A stretch of 64,000 nt of DNA, from positions 13,054 to 77,053 of the forward strand of contig CAZNSG010000329.1 of the NCBI GenBank assembly GCA_964575715.1. The letters are read 5' to 3'. The first letter of the stretch is position 1; each line of letters opens with the position of its first letter. This DNA is from an uncultured Hyphomicrobiales bacterium (GTDB lineage: Bacteria; Pseudomonadota; Alphaproteobacteria; Rhizobiales; Xanthobacteraceae). The notes under the pieces are model-generated. The model was not told the DNA's origin. It saw nothing but the letters and a program-made list of their open reading frames with translations, and made no database searches. Both the position numbers and the translations under genes were made by a program. This document shows, piece by piece, positions 37,791 through 48,857 of the stretch.

Positions 37791-40076
37791 GTGGTGGCGC
37801 CGAAAACTGCGGAACTTAAGGGACAGGCGTCGATGCGGGGTCGTCCTGACAGCGCGGGCAGACTGCATAAATATATTGGGCTTTCCGGCCGCGTGTTCCT
37901 GCACGCGCTGCGCTGGACATTTCTGGCGCTCGGCACGCTCGCGGCCAGCACCGTGCTGTTCCTCTATCTCTATGCGGTCAATGAGACGGTTTACGATCCA
38001 TCGCTGTTTGCGATCGGCGTCGGCGGCCTGTTCGCCGCCTCATGCGGTGCGATCTTGCTCTTGATCTCCTCGCGGAGCGCGTTGCGCGCTGAGCTCCTGC
38101 GCAGCGAAGCGCGCTGCGAGCACTTGGCCGATCAAAATTGGGAGCTGCAGGAGGCTGAGGAGCGGGCGAAGAGCTTGCTTGAGGCGCAAGGCGATCTGAT
38201 CATGCGGCGCGACGCGGACGGCCGCATTACTTATGCCAATGATGCTTTCTGCGCACTCGCCGGAAGGGCGCAAGCTTCACTGCTCGGCAGCACCACGATG
38301 CTCGATGTTATCGAGCAAGGCAAAAGCACGCCGCTCCCGGACGGCACTCGCCTGCACGATCAGAAGATCATGACCGCAGCCGGCGCGCGCTGGGTCGCTT
38401 GGCGCGAAGTGATCGTGCGGGTGGAAGCCGACGATTGCACCGAAGTGCAGAGCGTGGGCCGCGACATCACCGATCGCGTCAATGCCGAACGCGCGCTCGC
38501 GGAAGCGCGTGATGCGGCTGAAGCGGCCAATCGCGCCAAATCGCGATTTCTTGCCATGGTCAGCCATGAAATCCGCACGCCACTCAACGGCATTCTCGGC
38601 ATGGCTGACCTCCTGCTCGATACGCCGCTCACACCGGAGCAGACCACTTATGTCCGGGCGGCAAAAACTTCGGGCGGGACTTTGCTCTCGCTGATCTCGG
38701 AAATTCTCGACTTCTCCAAGATCGAGGCCGGCAAGCTGGAGATGGCGTCGCGGCCCTTCAACCTCATCACGCTGGTCGAGGAGGCAGTCGAGCTGCTCGC
38801 ACCGCGCGCGCAGGCCAAGGGACTTGAGATCGCCTCCGACGTGGATGAGCGGCTACCGGCCTGCGTTTTCGGCGACGATGCGAGACTTCGCCAGGTGCTG
38901 CTCAACCTTGCCGGCAACGCGATCAAATTCAGCGAGACCGGCGGGGTGAGTTTGATCGTCGAAGCTGGGAGCAAGCCCGATGAGGTGATCTTCCTGGTCC
39001 GCGACACCGGCATCGGCATCGCAGCGGAACAGCAGGCGCGCATTTTTCTTGAGTTCGAACAGGCCGATACCGGCTCAACCCGCAAATTCGGCGGCACCGG
39101 GCTTGGACTAGCCATCTCCAAGCGCATCGTCGAGCGCATGGGCGGAAACATCAGCGTCGAGAGTGCGCCGGGCCAAGGCGCGACATTCCGCGTGGCGATG
39201 ACGCTGCCGTGTGCGCAGGCGGAGGAGCCGATTTTCATTGCGCCGGAGCTTGCCGCCTCCAATGTGCTGATCGTCGCGCCGGATTCGATCGAAGCCGCGC
39301 TGCTGGCGCGGCGATTGACGCGCTGGGGCGCGAGCATCCGTATCACCGATGAAAAAACCGCCGCCGCTCTGCTGGACGAGCGGCGGTGGAATGCGGTGAT
39401 CGTGGACCACGCGCTTGGTGCCGCGGTGACGGCTTCATTCGCGGCGTCCGTCGGCAACAGGATCGCGCGTCGGATTGTGCTGATCACACCGAGCGAGCGG
39501 CCTGGGCTTGCCGCACTCAAGGATGCGGGATTTAACGGCTACCTGGTCAAACCGGTGCGCGCGGCCTCGCTCAAGACCCAACTTGTGGCCAGCGATACAT
39601 TCGAGAGTGAAGCGCAAGCCGAAGCGGGAGAAATCAGCGCGCAATCCGAAGTGACAAAGGTCGATGCAGGCAAAGGCCTCAACGTCTTGATCGCCGAGGA
39701 CAACGAGATCAACGCGCTGCTCGCCCGTTCATTGCTCGCGAAACTCGGCCACCGGCCGACGGTAGCCGCGAATGGCATTGCCGCGCTGGAGGCTTGGCAA
39801 GCGGCGAACACGGCCGGGGTGCCATTCGACCTCGTCCTGATGGATCTCCACATGCCCGGCATCGACGGGCATGAGGCAGCGCGGCGTATTCGGACCGCCG
39901 AGGCAGAGACGAGCTGCCGCACGCCCATTATCGCGCTCACCGCCAACGCCTTTAGCGAGGATCGCGAGGCCTGCTTGGCGGCGGGAATGGACGGCTTTCT
40001 GGTCAAGCCGCTTGACCGCGAACACCTCATTCCCATGCTGAATTTGCTGTTAAAAACCGCCTCCCTGGCAGCGTGA
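37791..40076 (+). CDS. Hybrid sensor histidine kinase/response regulator (TM-PAS-HisKA-HATPase-pseudo-REC-REC)
   Basis: 761 aa. H-box [18 protein letters not shown] boxes [10 protein letters not shown] and DTGIGI, C-terminal receiver [10 protein letters not shown]...[10 protein letters not shown]. Confidence 0.88.
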   Translation: MVAPKTAELKGQASMRGRPDSAGRLHKYIGLSGRVFLHALRWTFLALGTLAASTVLFLYLYAVNETVYDPSLFAIGVGGLFAASCGAILLLISSRSALRAELLRSEARCEHLADQNWELQEAEERAKSLLEAQGDLIMRRDADGRITYANDAFCALAGRAQASLLGSTTMLDVIEQGKSTPLPDGTRLHDQKIMTAAGARWVAWREVIVRVEADDCTEVQSVGRDITDRVNAERALAEARDAAEAANRAKSRFLAMVSHEIRTPLNGILGMADLLLDTPLTPEQTTYVRAAKTSGGTLLSLISEILDFSKIEAGKLEMASRPFNLITLVEEAVELLAPRAQAKGLEIASDVDERLPACVFGDDARLRQVLLNLAGNAIKFSETGGVSLIVEAGSKPDEVIFLVRDTGIGIAAEQQARIFLEFEQADTGSTRKFGGTGLGLAISKRIVERMGGNISVESAPGQGATFRVAMTLPCAQAEEPIFIAPELAASNVLIVAPDSIEAALLARRLTRWGASIRITDEKTAAALLDERRWNAVIVDHALGAAVTASFAASVGNRIARRIVLITPSERPGLAALKDAGFNGYLVKPVRAASLKTQLVASDTFESEAQAEAGEISAQSEVTKVDAGKGLNVLIAEDNEINALLARSLLAKLGHRPTVAANGIAALEAWQAANTAGVPFDLVLMDLHMPGIDGHEAARRIRTAEAETSCRTPIIALTANAFSEDREACLAAGMDGFLVKPLDREHLIPMLNLLLKTASLAA

Positions 40077-40206
40077 TTGCTGGGTTCCACCCCATTGTCA
40101 TATTCTCGCAGCTAGCTCATGCTTTGCGTATGGCGTGCCTGGATATTGACGAATCACCGAGCGATGCGCTGATCGAAGGCCGCAGCCGGAAACAGGGGTA
40201 CGATTA

Positions 40207-41154
40207 ATGCTTAGTCGCACTCACACCACGTTGCCGCGGCGTCTGCTCGACAGTTTCTGGTCAACTCCGGGGGCCGTTGCAGGCCTGCTGCCGACCTTGC
40301 GCGCCTATAGCGGCCTCGTAGTCCACGAGCGGAGCAGCGAACACCCGCAGACGCTGGGATGGCTCGGTTCGCTGGAAGTGAGACTCGCGCAGACGGCCGC
40401 GGAGGTGCGGCGAGCGCAAAAGTTGCGCTATCGGGTGTTCTACACGGAAGGCGGGGCGATTGCCGACGCGGGCGCGATGCTGGCACGGCGCGATGTCGAT
40501 GCGTTCGATCCGCTCTGCGATCATCTCCTGGTGATCGACCATGCCGCGCAGATGAAGCGGCTGGGGCGAGCGCCGGCCGTGGTCGGAACCTATCGGCTGC
40601 TGCGTCAGGAAGTGGCGGAGCCGCACGGCGGATTCTACAGCGCTAGCGAATTCGACATCAATGCGTTGGTCGCACGCCACAACAAATATAAATTTCTCGA
40701 ACTTGGCCGCTCCTGTGTGCTTGCGCCTTATCGCAACAAGCGGACGCTGGAGTTGCTCTGGCATGGCATTGCCGCCTATGTGACGCGAACCCAGCCGGAC
40801 GTGATGATTGGCTGCGCCAGCCTCGATGGTACCGACCCAAATCGACTGAAGCTCCCCCTCTCCTTCCTGCATCATTTCGCCAGCGCGCCGGAACCATGGC
40901 GCGCAACCGCGCTCGCTCATCGCCATGTCGAGATGAATCGGATGCCGAAGGCGGCGATCGATCAGAAGGCGGCATTGCGCGCGCTACCGCCGCTGATCAA
41001 GGGCTATCTGCGGCTTGGCGCCTTTATTGGCGAGGGCGCGGTGCTCGACTATCAATTCGGCACTACGGACGTGCTGATCGTGCTGCCGATTGAAGCTATC
41101 AAGGCGCGCTACTTAGCGCATTTCTGTCCGAGCGGCCTGCGCGAAAGGGCCTAG
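40207..41154 (+). CDS. GNAT-family N-acyltransferase (OlsB / hemolysin-like)
   Basis: 315 aa. RYRVFY, GTYRLL, ELGRSCV..YR. Confidence 0.7.
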   Translation: MLSRTHTTLPRRLLDSFWSTPGAVAGLLPTLRAYSGLVVHERSSEHPQTLGWLGSLEVRLAQTAAEVRRAQKLRYRVFYTEGGAIADAGAMLARRDVDAFDPLCDHLLVIDHAAQMKRLGRAPAVVGTYRLLRQEVAEPHGGFYSASEFDINALVARHNKYKFLELGRSCVLAPYRNKRTLELLWHGIAAYVTRTQPDVMIGCASLDGTDPNRLKLPLSFLHHFASAPEPWRATALAHRHVEMNRMPKAAIDQKAALRALPPLIKGYLRLGAFIGEGAVLDYQFGTTDVLIVLPIEAIKARYLAHFCPSGLRERA

Positions 41155-41202
41155 AGCCTTATCGGTCTTGTTGAAATCAGAGTCGGCTCTAGCTTTTTGT
41201 TT

Positions 41203-41339
41203 GAGCATGATCCCTCGGGTCAAGCCCGAGGACATGCTTTTCCGACCTTCCTTCGCCCGCCGAAGCGGGCTACGCGAAGGCGGGAAACCGGTTCCAACCC
41301 CGGATCAAGTCCGGGGCAGGCTTTTTCGGGATCATGCTC
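41203..41339. repeat. 137-bp family 2 element with nested inserts
   Basis: Same gagcatgatc / gatcatgctc termini as the 49-bp copies. The interior carries two extra hairpins (cctcgggtcaagcccgagg; gcccgccgaagcgggc). Confidence 0.8.
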
Positions 41340-41342
41340 TTA

Positions 41343-42296
41343 TCACAGCCGTCGCAGCGCCACTTCCTCCACCAGGTGGCTTTCGCCTTTCTTGAGGATA
41401 AGATCCGCGCGCTGGCGGGTCGGCAGGATGTTTTCGTGCAGATTGACGAGATTGATGCGCGACCAGATCGAGGTCGCGGTCGCGACAGCTTCGTCGTCGG
41501 ACAGGCGCGAATAGCGATGGAAGTATGATTTTGGGTCGGCAAAGGCGGTGCCGCGCATCGCGAGGAAGCGATCGACATACCAGCTCTTGAGCACCTCCTC
41601 GTCAGCATCGAGATAGATCGAGAAATCGAAGAAGTCGGAAACAAAGGGAATGGCCTTGCCGTCCTTCGGCAGCCGGCCGGTTTGCAGCACGTTAAGCCCC
41701 TCGACGATCAAAATCTCCGGCCGGTTAATTTCTATCGATGCGCTGGACATCACGTCGTAGATCAGATGCGAGTAAACGGGCGCGCGCACCGGACGCCGGC
41801 CGGCCTTGATGTCAGAGAGAAAGCGCAACAGCGCCGGCAAGTCATAGCTCTCGGGAAAGCCCTTCTTCTCCATGAGATGCTCACGTTCGAGCACGGCGTT
41901 GGGAAACAAAAATCCATCGGTGGTGAGGAGATCGACCTTGGGCACGTTGGGCCAGCGCGCGAGCAGCGCCTGCAGCACGCGCGCGGTGGTGGACTTGCCG
42001 ACCGCGACCGAGCCCGCAATCCCGATGATGTAGGGCATTTTCGCGTCCTCGGTGCCGAGGAAGCGCTGCTGCGCCCGGTGCAGCCGCTGGGTCGCCGCGA
42101 CGTTGAGAGAGAGCAGGCGCGAGAGCGGAAGATAGATTTCCTCAACCTCCGCCATGTCAAGCCGATCGTGGACCGAACGCATGCGCGCGACTTCGGCCGG
42201 CGTGAGCGTCATCGGCGTGTCTTCGCGCAACACCGCCCAATTCGCCCGCGTGAAGATGCGGTAGGGCGAAAGTCCGTCGTCTATGCGTTGTTCCAT
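41343..42296 (-). CDS. coaA: Type I pantothenate kinase
   Basis: 317 aa. P-loop [23 protein letters not shown]. Confidence 0.92.
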   Translation of the reverse strand: MEQRIDDGLSPYRIFTRANWAVLREDTPMTLTPAEVARMRSVHDRLDMAEVEEIYLPLSRLLSLNVAATQRLHRAQQRFLGTEDAKMPYIIGIAGSVAVGKSTTARVLQALLARWPNVPKVDLLTTDGFLFPNAVLEREHLMEKKGFPESYDLPALLRFLSDIKAGRRPVRAPVYSHLIYDVMSSASIEINRPEILIVEGLNVLQTGRLPKDGKAIPFVSDFFDFSIYLDADEEVLKSWYVDRFLAMRGTAFADPKSYFHRYSRLSDDEAVATATSIWSRINLVNLHENILPTRQRADLILKKGESHLVEEVALRRL

Positions 42297-42313
42297 CGAC
42301 CTTCTTGTCCGGC

Positions 42314-42637
42314 TCAGATGCTCTTGCGCGCGGCCTTTTCGTCAAGGCCAGACTGGCTTACGCGCGCGCCGAGCGCAGCGTCGACCTCGGCAAGCGTAAC
42401 GCTGCGCGCCTGCAGCACCACGAGGAGATGGTAGAGAAGATCGGCGGTCTCCGCGATCAGCCGCTCGCGGTCCTCGGTGACGGCGGCGATGGTGGTCTCG
42501 ACCGCCTCCTCGCCAAGTTTCTTGGCGCAATGCGCAATCCCGCGGTCGAGCAGCTTGCGGGTATAGGATTCTTCGGGATCGGCCTTGGCGCGCGTATGCA
42601 CGCGCTTTTCAAGGTCGTAGATCGTGAAATTGCTCAT
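42314..42637 (-). CDS. hisE: Phosphoribosyl-ATP pyrophosphatase
   Basis: 107 aa. SYTRKLL..G......[19 protein letters not shown]. Confidence 0.9.
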   Translation of the reverse strand: MSNFTIYDLEKRVHTRAKADPEESYTRKLLDRGIAHCAKKLGEEAVETTIAAVTEDRERLIAETADLLYHLLVVLQARSVTLAEVDAALGARVSQSGLDEKAARKSI

Positions 42638-42682
42638 GGTGTTTTCCCCATATCACCTCTTTCTACCGCGCGGGAGGGAAAG

Positions 42683-43459
42683 TTACGGGTCAAGCCGCAT
42701 CGGCAGCCCGGCGCTCGCCATGTATTGCTTGGCCTCTCGCACGCTGTGCTCGCCGAAATGGAAGATCGAAGCCGCCAGAACCGCGGTGGCGTGACCCTCG
42801 CGGATGCCTTCGACCAGGTGTTGGAGCGTGCCAACGCCGCCCGAGGCGATCACCGGCACGGTGACGGCATCGGCCACCGCGCGGGTGAGCGCGATGTCGA
42901 AGCCCTGCCGTGTGCCGTCGCGGTCCATGGAGGTGAGCAGGAGTTCACCGGCTCCGAGCACCACCACTTCCTTGGCATAAGCGATGGCGTCGAGGCCGGT
43001 GGGATTGCGGCCGCCATGGGTGAAGATTTCCCAGCGGTCGGGCGCGCCCGGCTTCGACACCTTTTTGGCGTCGATCGCGACCACGATGCACTGATCGCCG
43101 AATTTTTCCGCCGCCTCCTGCACGAACGCGAGCCGCGCAACCGCCGCGGTGTTGATCGAGACCTTGTCGGCGCCGGAGGCAAGCAGCTTGCGGATGTCTT
43201 CGATGGTGCGCACGCCGCCGCCGACGGTGAGCGGCATGAAGCAGGCTTCGGCCGTGCGGCGCACGACGTCAAGGATAATCCCGCGGTTTTCGTGGCTCGC
43301 GGTAATGTCGAGAAAGCAAAGTTCATCCGCACCGGCGGCATCGTAGGCAATCGCCGCTTCCACCGGATCGCCGGCGTCGCGCAAGTTGACGAAGTTGACG
43401 CCTTTGACCACACGGCCGTCCTTGACATCGAGGCAGGGAATGACGCGAACCTTGAACAT
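42683..43459 (-). CDS. hisF: Imidazole glycerol phosphate synthase cyclase subunit
   Basis: 258 aa. [22 protein letters not shown]. Confidence 0.96.
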   Translation of the reverse strand: MFKVRVIPCLDVKDGRVVKGVNFVNLRDAGDPVEAAIAYDAAGADELCFLDITASHENRGIILDVVRRTAEACFMPLTVGGGVRTIEDIRKLLASGADKVSINTAAVARLAFVQEAAEKFGDQCIVVAIDAKKVSKPGAPDRWEIFTHGGRNPTGLDAIAYAKEVVVLGAGELLLTSMDRDGTRQGFDIALTRAVADAVTVPVIASGGVGTLQHLVEGIREGHATAVLAASIFHFGEHSVREAKQYMASAGLPMRLDP

Positions 43460-43465
43460 GGCCGC

Positions 43466-44203
43466 TCACTTCTTTCGCGCATTGCGAATTAGCTGCAACG
43501 CTTGCGCCGGGTCAAGCCGGCCATCGTAAAGCGCGCGGCCGGCGATGGCGCCTTCGAGTATTTGTGCGCGGGGCTCTAAAAGGAGCCGAACGTCATCGAT
43601 AGATGCAAAACCGCCCGAAGCGATCACTGGAATCGAAATCGCCTCGGCGAGCGTGATGGTTGCGTCGAGGTTGAGACCTTCGAGCATGCCATCGCGCGCG
43701 ACGTCAGTATAAATGATCGCAGCGACGCCGGCATCTTCGAATCGTCTGGCAATGTCGAGCGCGGTGAGTTCAGAAGTTTCCGCCCAGCCTTCGACGGCGA
43801 CCTTGCCGTCGCGCGCATCCAAGCCGACCGCGACGCGCTTGGGGAATTTTCGCGCCGCCTCCTTTACGAAGGCTTGATCGCGCACCGCCGCGGTGCCGAT
43901 GATGACGCGGTTGACGCCCTTTTCAAGCCAGGCCGCGACGGTCGCCATGTTGCGGATGCCGCCGCCGAGCTGCACGCACAGTCCAACGGCTTTGAGAATC
44001 CGTTCGACCGCGGCGCCGTTCATCGGCTTGCCCGCGAACGCACCATCGAGGTCGACGATGTGGAGATGCCGGAAGCCTTGGGACTCGAACGTATACGCCT
44101 GTTCCGCGGGATTGCGGTTGAACACGGTCGCGCGCGCCATGTCGCCCTGTTCGAGGCGCACGCACAGGCCTTCCTTGAGATCGATGGCGGGAAATAGAAT
44201 CAC
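43466..44203 (-). CDS. hisA: ProFAR isomerase
   Basis: GTG 44203 gives [17 protein letters not shown]. The rest of ORF 43466..44272 upstream of it is repeat-derived. Confidence 0.9.
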   Translation of the reverse strand: MILFPAIDLKEGLCVRLEQGDMARATVFNRNPAEQAYTFESQGFRHLHIVDLDGAFAGKPMNGAAVERILKAVGLCVQLGGGIRNMATVAAWLEKGVNRVIIGTAAVRDQAFVKEAARKFPKRVAVGLDARDGKVAVEGWAETSELTALDIARRFEDAGVAAIIYTDVARDGMLEGLNLDATITLAEAISIPVIASGGFASIDDVRLLLEPRAQILEGAIAGRALYDGRLDPAQALQLIRNARKK

Positions 44204-44471
44204 GAGTGGCCTCGTGCTCCCTCCCCCAGTTCGCGCTGGCGAGCCCATAAGGCGAGCGGCCAGCGCGAACACCTGAGAAGTTTGCCGCGCCGGACCCTCG
44301 CCTCGCTCGGCGGCGCGGCGATGGGGGAGGGTTGGGGAGGGGGGTAGCCAAATATTGTGCGCAGCGATCTACCCCCCTCCCGGTCTGCGCCGGAAAAACG
44401 GCGCAGACCGACCTCCCCCACAAGGGGGGAGGTGAAGTAGGAAAGCGCGGTGGGAAATAGAATCACGGGTG
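44189..44471. repeat. About 243-bp inserted repeat element flanked by a 20-bp direct duplication of the hisA start (gggaaatagaatcacgRgtg)
   Basis: Direct repeats at 44189-44208 and 44452-44471 with 1 mismatch. The interior carries G/C-rich hairpins and the 20-mer gggggagggttggggagggg. Confidence 0.75.
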
Positions 44472-44546
44472 TCTCACAAACCTTTCATAGGCCATTGGCC
44501 TACACGCCATTCTATCGGTCAACGGCCGAGAATCATGGGCCGAGAA

Positions 44547-45197
44547 TCACGGCTTCCATTTCAGAAAATTCGCGATCAATGCAAGGCCCAGCCGCTGGCT
44601 CTTTTCCGGGTGGAATTGCGTGCCCGCCGCCGTGCCATGGGCGACGATCGCGGTGATCGGACCGCCGTAATCGGTCTCTGCCACGAGGTCGCCGCGCTCG
44701 GCCGTGTTGAGATGGTAGGAGTGCACAAAATAGGCATGCAGGCCGGCCGCTCCAAGCGGGATGCCGTCGAGCAAGGGGTGGCGGGTGAGCGCATGCAGCG
44801 TATTCCAGCCCATGTGCGGGATTTTCAGGCTTGGATCGGAGGGCGCGATCTTGTCCACTTCGCCGCGAATCCAGCCCAAGCCTTCCGTCACCTGGTATTC
44901 GCGGCCGCGCTCGGCCATGAGCTGCATGCCCACGCAGATGCCGAGGAACGGCCGGCCCTTGCCGCGCACGGTTTCGTTGAGGGCGGCGACCATGCCCGGC
45001 ACGGCGTCGAGGCCGGCCCGGCAATCGGCGAAGGCGCCGACGCCGGGCAGCACCACGCGCTCAGCGCGGCGAATGGCATCGGGATCGCTTGTCACCAGGA
45101 TCGGCTGGTCGTGCCCGCTTTCGCGCGCGGCGCGCTCGAAGGCCTTGGCGGCCGAATGCAGATTGCCGGAGCCATAGTCGACGATTGCAACGCTCAT
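44547..45197 (-). CDS. hisH: Imidazole glycerol phosphate synthase glutaminase subunit
   Basis: 216 aa. [21 protein letters not shown]. Confidence 0.96.
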   Translation of the reverse strand: MSVAIVDYGSGNLHSAAKAFERAARESGHDQPILVTSDPDAIRRAERVVLPGVGAFADCRAGLDAVPGMVAALNETVRGKGRPFLGICVGMQLMAERGREYQVTEGLGWIRGEVDKIAPSDPSLKIPHMGWNTLHALTRHPLLDGIPLGAAGLHAYFVHSYHLNTAERGDLVAETDYGGPITAIVAHGTAAGTQFHPEKSQRLGLALIANFLKWKP

Positions 45198-45691
45198 GGA
45201 CGCGACTGGGGCTCGGGGAACAAGCCAATGATATCGGACGTGGCCGGCGGCATGCGAATTGGAAGCGACGCCGGCGGCAGGGTCGCCGGTGGCACCGGTT
45301 TATCTGCTTGCGCCACCCAAGTATCGAAGAAGCGCCGTTCGGCGGCCTCTACGTCGGTGCCGGTCACGATGCCAAGCTCGCTCCAGCCGTTGCGACGAAG
45401 CGTCCAGCGGCGCAGCGTCGCGGCCTCAAATCCGATCAGCAGCGCGATCGGCACTCCGACCGCCATGTGTGTAATTACGGGTACCCTCGTCAGCCAGAGG
45501 ACAACCTCGATCACCGATGTGCCGAGAACATAGAACAGCAACACCAGCCACAGCCGCCAGCGCAACATCCATAGCGGGGCAAATACAAAGGCCCAAAAAT
45601 GGAAACCATCGCGAACGAATACGAAGCGCTCCGCATCGGGCGCGGTTTCATCCGCATGCGGCGGCGGTGCGTGCACGGTGTAGATCGGCAT
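45194..45691 (-). CDS. DUF2628 membrane protein (conserved between hisB and hisH in alphaproteobacteria)
   Basis: 165 aa. [24 protein letters not shown]. The stop overlaps the hisH start. Confidence 0.7.
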   Translation of the reverse strand: MPIYTVHAPPPHADETAPDAERFVFVRDGFHFWAFVFAPLWMLRWRLWLVLLFYVLGTSVIEVVLWLTRVPVITHMAVGVPIALLIGFEAATLRRWTLRRNGWSELGIVTGTDVEAAERRFFDTWVAQADKPVPPATLPPASLPIRMPPATSDIIGLFPEPQSRP

Positions 45692-45729
45692 GTTCGTTCT
45701 CCGGCTAAGTCCGCGGCCGATTTTTGTTT

Positions 45730-45778
45730 GAGCATGATCCTATCCGAAAACCGGTTCCCACTTTTCGGGATCATGCTC
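45730..45778. repeat. 49-bp MITE-like element, family 2
   Basis: Near-identical to 32073-32121. Confidence 0.85.
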
Positions 45779-45781
45779 CGA

Positions 45782-46444
45782 TCATCCGCCGAGCATGCCC
45801 TTGGTCGAAGGCACTTCGCCGGCAGCGCGCGGGTCGATGGTAAATGCCGCCCGCAGCGCGCGGGCGAGAGCCTTGAAGCAGGATTCGGCAATATGATGAT
45901 CGTTGGTGCCATAGAGCGTCTCGACATGCAGCGTCACCCCGGCATTCATGGCAAAAGCCTGGAACCATTCCCGCACCAGCTCGGTGTCGAAGGCGCCGAC
46001 CTTGTCGCGCACGAAGGCCGCCTTGAACACCAGAAACGGGCGCCCGGATACGTCGACGGCGGCGCGGGTGAGCGCCTCGTCCATGGGCACATGCACATCG
46101 GCGTAGCGGGTAATGCCCTTCATGTCGCCAAGCGCCTGCTTGACCGCCTGGCCGAGCGCAATGCCGACGTCCTCGGTAGTATGGTGGTGGTCGATGTGCA
46201 GGTCGCCCTTGGCTTTGACATCGATATCCATGCGCGAGTGGCGCGAAAGCAGTTCGAGCATATGGTCGAGAAAGCCGATGCCGGTCGAAATCGACGAGCG
46301 GCCTTTGCCATCGAGGTCGATGGCGACTGCGATCGTCGTTTCCTTGGTGACGCGCTTGACAATAGCCCTGCGCGCCGAAGCCTTGCGCGACTGCGCGAGC
46401 CTTCTTGTGGGTCCTTTCGCAATCCGTTTGCGGGCGCGCGCCAT
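45782..46444 (-). CDS. hisB: Imidazoleglycerol-phosphate dehydratase
   Basis: [29 protein letters not shown]. The only in-frame ATG/GTG/TTG start adds a ~24-aa Arg/Lys-rich N-terminal extension. Confidence 0.9.
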   Translation of the reverse strand: MARARKRIAKGPTRRLAQSRKASARRAIVKRVTKETTIAVAIDLDGKGRSSISTGIGFLDHMLELLSRHSRMDIDVKAKGDLHIDHHHTTEDVGIALGQAVKQALGDMKGITRYADVHVPMDEALTRAAVDVSGRPFLVFKAAFVRDKVGAFDTELVREWFQAFAMNAGVTLHVETLYGTNDHHIAESCFKALARALRAAFTIDPRAAGEVPSTKGMLGG

Positions 46445-46570
46445 CGAAATCGCCTTTTCGGTATAAAACGAGGGTTCTTTTAACAGGGGCGGCGCGGGTT
46501 CGCTACTCTCGAAGTTTGCAATTGTGCCGCGCGATCCCTAAATTTTACAGGCGATTGGGACCAGAAATTC

Positions 46571-47116
46571 ATGCATAACGCGCAACCCGAAGTTTGGCAC
46601 GGCACCACCGTGGTCACCGTCCGCAAGGACGGCCTGGTGGTCATCGGCAGTGACGGTCAGGTTTCGATCGGTCAGACCGTGATCAAGTCGAACGCCAAGA
46701 AAGTGCGCCGGCTCGGAAAGGGCGATGTGATCGGCGGCTTTGCCGGCGCCACCGCCGACGCCTTCACGCTGTTCGAGCGCCTGGAAGCCAAGCTCGAACA
46801 ATATCCCGGGCAGCTCACGCGGGCGGCAGTCGAGCTTGCCAAGGACTGGCGCACCGACCGTTATTTGCGGCGTCTCGAAGCCATGATGCTGGTGGCCGAC
46901 AAGGACGTCTCGCTCGTGCTCACCGGCACCGGCGACGTGCTCGAGCCGGAAGCCGGCGTCATGGGCATCGGCTCGGGCGGCAATTATGCGCTTGCGGCCG
47001 CGCGCGCGCTGATGGATGGCGCGCTCGATGCGGAGGCGATCGTGCGCAGGTCGCTCGACATCGCCGCCGACATTTGCGTCTATACCAACCGCAATGTCAC
47101 GCTAGAGAAGCTGTGA
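46571..47116 (+). CDS. hslV: ATP-dependent protease subunit HslV
   Basis: 181 aa. [26 protein letters not shown]. Confidence 0.96.
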   Translation: MHNAQPEVWHGTTVVTVRKDGLVVIGSDGQVSIGQTVIKSNAKKVRRLGKGDVIGGFAGATADAFTLFERLEAKLEQYPGQLTRAAVELAKDWRTDRYLRRLEAMMLVADKDVSLVLTGTGDVLEPEAGVMGIGSGGNYALAAARALMDGALDAEAIVRRSLDIAADICVYTNRNVTLEKL

Positions 47117-48228
47117 TGCTTGATGACGCGGACCTCGACGCCGCCGTCGCTGCGGGAATCGTCACCCAGTCGCAGGCCGATGCGCTGCGAACTTTCGCGG
47201 CAAAGCGCGCGCCACAAATCGCCGCCGAGCGCGCCGACGACGAACGCTTCCGCTTCATGCGCGGCTTTAACGATGTCTTCTTCGCCGTCGGGATCGTGTT
47301 GTTCGGTGTGGGGCTCATCTTCTTCTCCCTCAGTATCCCAATTGGAAACGTCGCCGCTGCCGCCATCGTGTGGGTCCTTGCCGAACTCGTCGTGCGGCGC
47401 ATGCGGCTTGTCCTGCCGGGAATTTTGCTTGCGAACCTTTTTGCGTTCTTCGTCATGCGAATGATCTATGTCGAGTGGAAATGGATCGTGCAGCAAATTG
47501 GACTGCCGTGGGAGTTGCTGCCTGGTCATGGTGCAGCGATTCCACTTTTCGGCGCTCTCCCCCTCATCGATTTGGCAATAATGATGCTTGTGGCCGCTTG
47601 CGCTGCCGGCATTTTCTATGGGCGATTCCGGTTGCCCTTCTCGCTCCTCCTGATCGCCGGCAGCCTCGTTGTTTTCGTCTTGTCGGCGCTCGCGTACCTG
47701 CATCCCGGCGATAACAAGGTCGTGTATTCGCTGGTCCTGCTATTTTGCGGTCTCGCCGTGTTCGGCACTGCCATGGCCTACGACCTCGCTGATCGGGAAC
47801 GTGTCACCCAACGCACCGACTGTGCATTCTGGCTGCACCTGCTCGCAGCGCCGCTGATCGTGCATTCACTGATCGAGCTTATCATTCGCGCCCCGATGAT
47901 CGGGCGCGGCGGCTTCACCATGACGACCGGGACCTCGGTGACGATCGTCACCGTGGTCGCGCTGCTCACCGTCGTAGCCCTGCTGATCGATCGGCGCGCG
48001 CTGTTTGTATCAGCACTGACTTACCTCGGCATCGTGATTGGCTATGCGATAACCACGACGACCGGATTCCAGTCTGGACAAGGAGGATTCGTGGTCTTTT
48101 CGACCCTGCTGATTCTGGGCGTGCTGGTTCTCGCGCTCGGTATAGCTTGGCAACCGTTGCGGCGCGCATTCGTCCGTTTGTTTCCGGCCGCCCTCACCGG
48201 CCGGCTTCCGCGCGTTGTTCCGGCATGA
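47116..48228 (+). CDS. Polytopic membrane protein, hypothetical (DUF2157-like N-terminus)
   Basis: The ATG overlaps the hslV TGA. About 9 hydrophobic helices. Confidence 0.6.
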   Translation: MLDDADLDAAVAAGIVTQSQADALRTFAAKRAPQIAAERADDERFRFMRGFNDVFFAVGIVLFGVGLIFFSLSIPIGNVAAAAIVWVLAELVVRRMRLVLPGILLANLFAFFVMRMIYVEWKWIVQQIGLPWELLPGHGAAIPLFGALPLIDLAIMMLVAACAAGIFYGRFRLPFSLLLIAGSLVVFVLSALAYLHPGDNKVVYSLVLLFCGLAVFGTAMAYDLADRERVTQRTDCAFWLHLLAAPLIVHSLIELIIRAPMIGRGGFTMTTGTSVTIVTVVALLTVVALLIDRRALFVSALTYLGIVIGYAITTTTGFQSGQGGFVVFSTLLILGVLVLALGIAWQPLRRAFVRLFPAALTGRLPRVVPA

Positions 48229-48244
48229 TCGAGAGGTCGAAAAC

Positions 48245-48829
48245 GTGAACGCCCTCAGCCGCGCGTCCTCGCGCAATTATCTGCTGGCTGGTCTGGCGCT
48301 GATCGCATTGCAGGCGCTTGTCCTGCTGGCCATGGGCCGCGTTCCCATCTGCACCTGCGGCACGATCAAGCTCTGGCATGGCGTTACGCAAAGTGCGGAG
48401 AATTCCCAGCACATTTTCGACTGGTACACGTTTTCGCATCTGCTGCACGGCGTTGCGTTCTACGCGCTGGCCTGGGTGGTGCTGCCGCGCGCGCCGCTGG
48501 CTTTGCGCCTTCTACTCGCGGTCGGGATCGAAGGCGCATGGGAAATTCTGGAAAATACCGATTTCATCATCAACCGCTATCGCGCTGAGACAATCTCGCT
48601 CAACTATTACGGCGACAGCATTGTGAACTCGGTATCCGATACGCTTGCCATGATGGCCGGATTCGTGCTGGCGAGCAGGGCCCCAGTCGGGCTGGCCGTC
48701 GCCACCGCCGTAATCATCGAAGTCGGGCTGGCCTGGCTGATTCGCGACAATCTGACGCTCAACATCATCATGCTGCTGCATCCGCTCGACCCGGTCCGCG
48801 CTTGGCAGGCCGGTGCGGGATTGCAATAG
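48245..48829 (+). CDS. UPF0314 / DUF2585 membrane protein
   Basis: GTG 48245 lies 8 nt after [37 protein letters not shown]. The position between hslV and hslU matches other Rhizobiales. Confidence 0.65.
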   Translation: MNALSRASSRNYLLAGLALIALQALVLLAMGRVPICTCGTIKLWHGVTQSAENSQHIFDWYTFSHLLHGVAFYALAWVVLPRAPLALRLLLAVGIEGAWEILENTDFIINRYRAETISLNYYGDSIVNSVSDTLAMMAGFVLASRAPVGLAVATAVIIEVGLAWLIRDNLTLNIIMLLHPLDPVRAWQAGAGLQ

Positions 48830-48857
48830 CGCGCGTGTCCGCCAATATATCCGTCGC

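Noticed and set aside
44200-44466. 88-aa ORF beginning MILFPTAL between hisA and hisH
   Set aside because: It opens with a duplicated copy of the hisA start and then reads through the inserted repeat. It is most likely a by-product of the duplication rather than a gene. It is discussed in the hisH-hisA junction finding.
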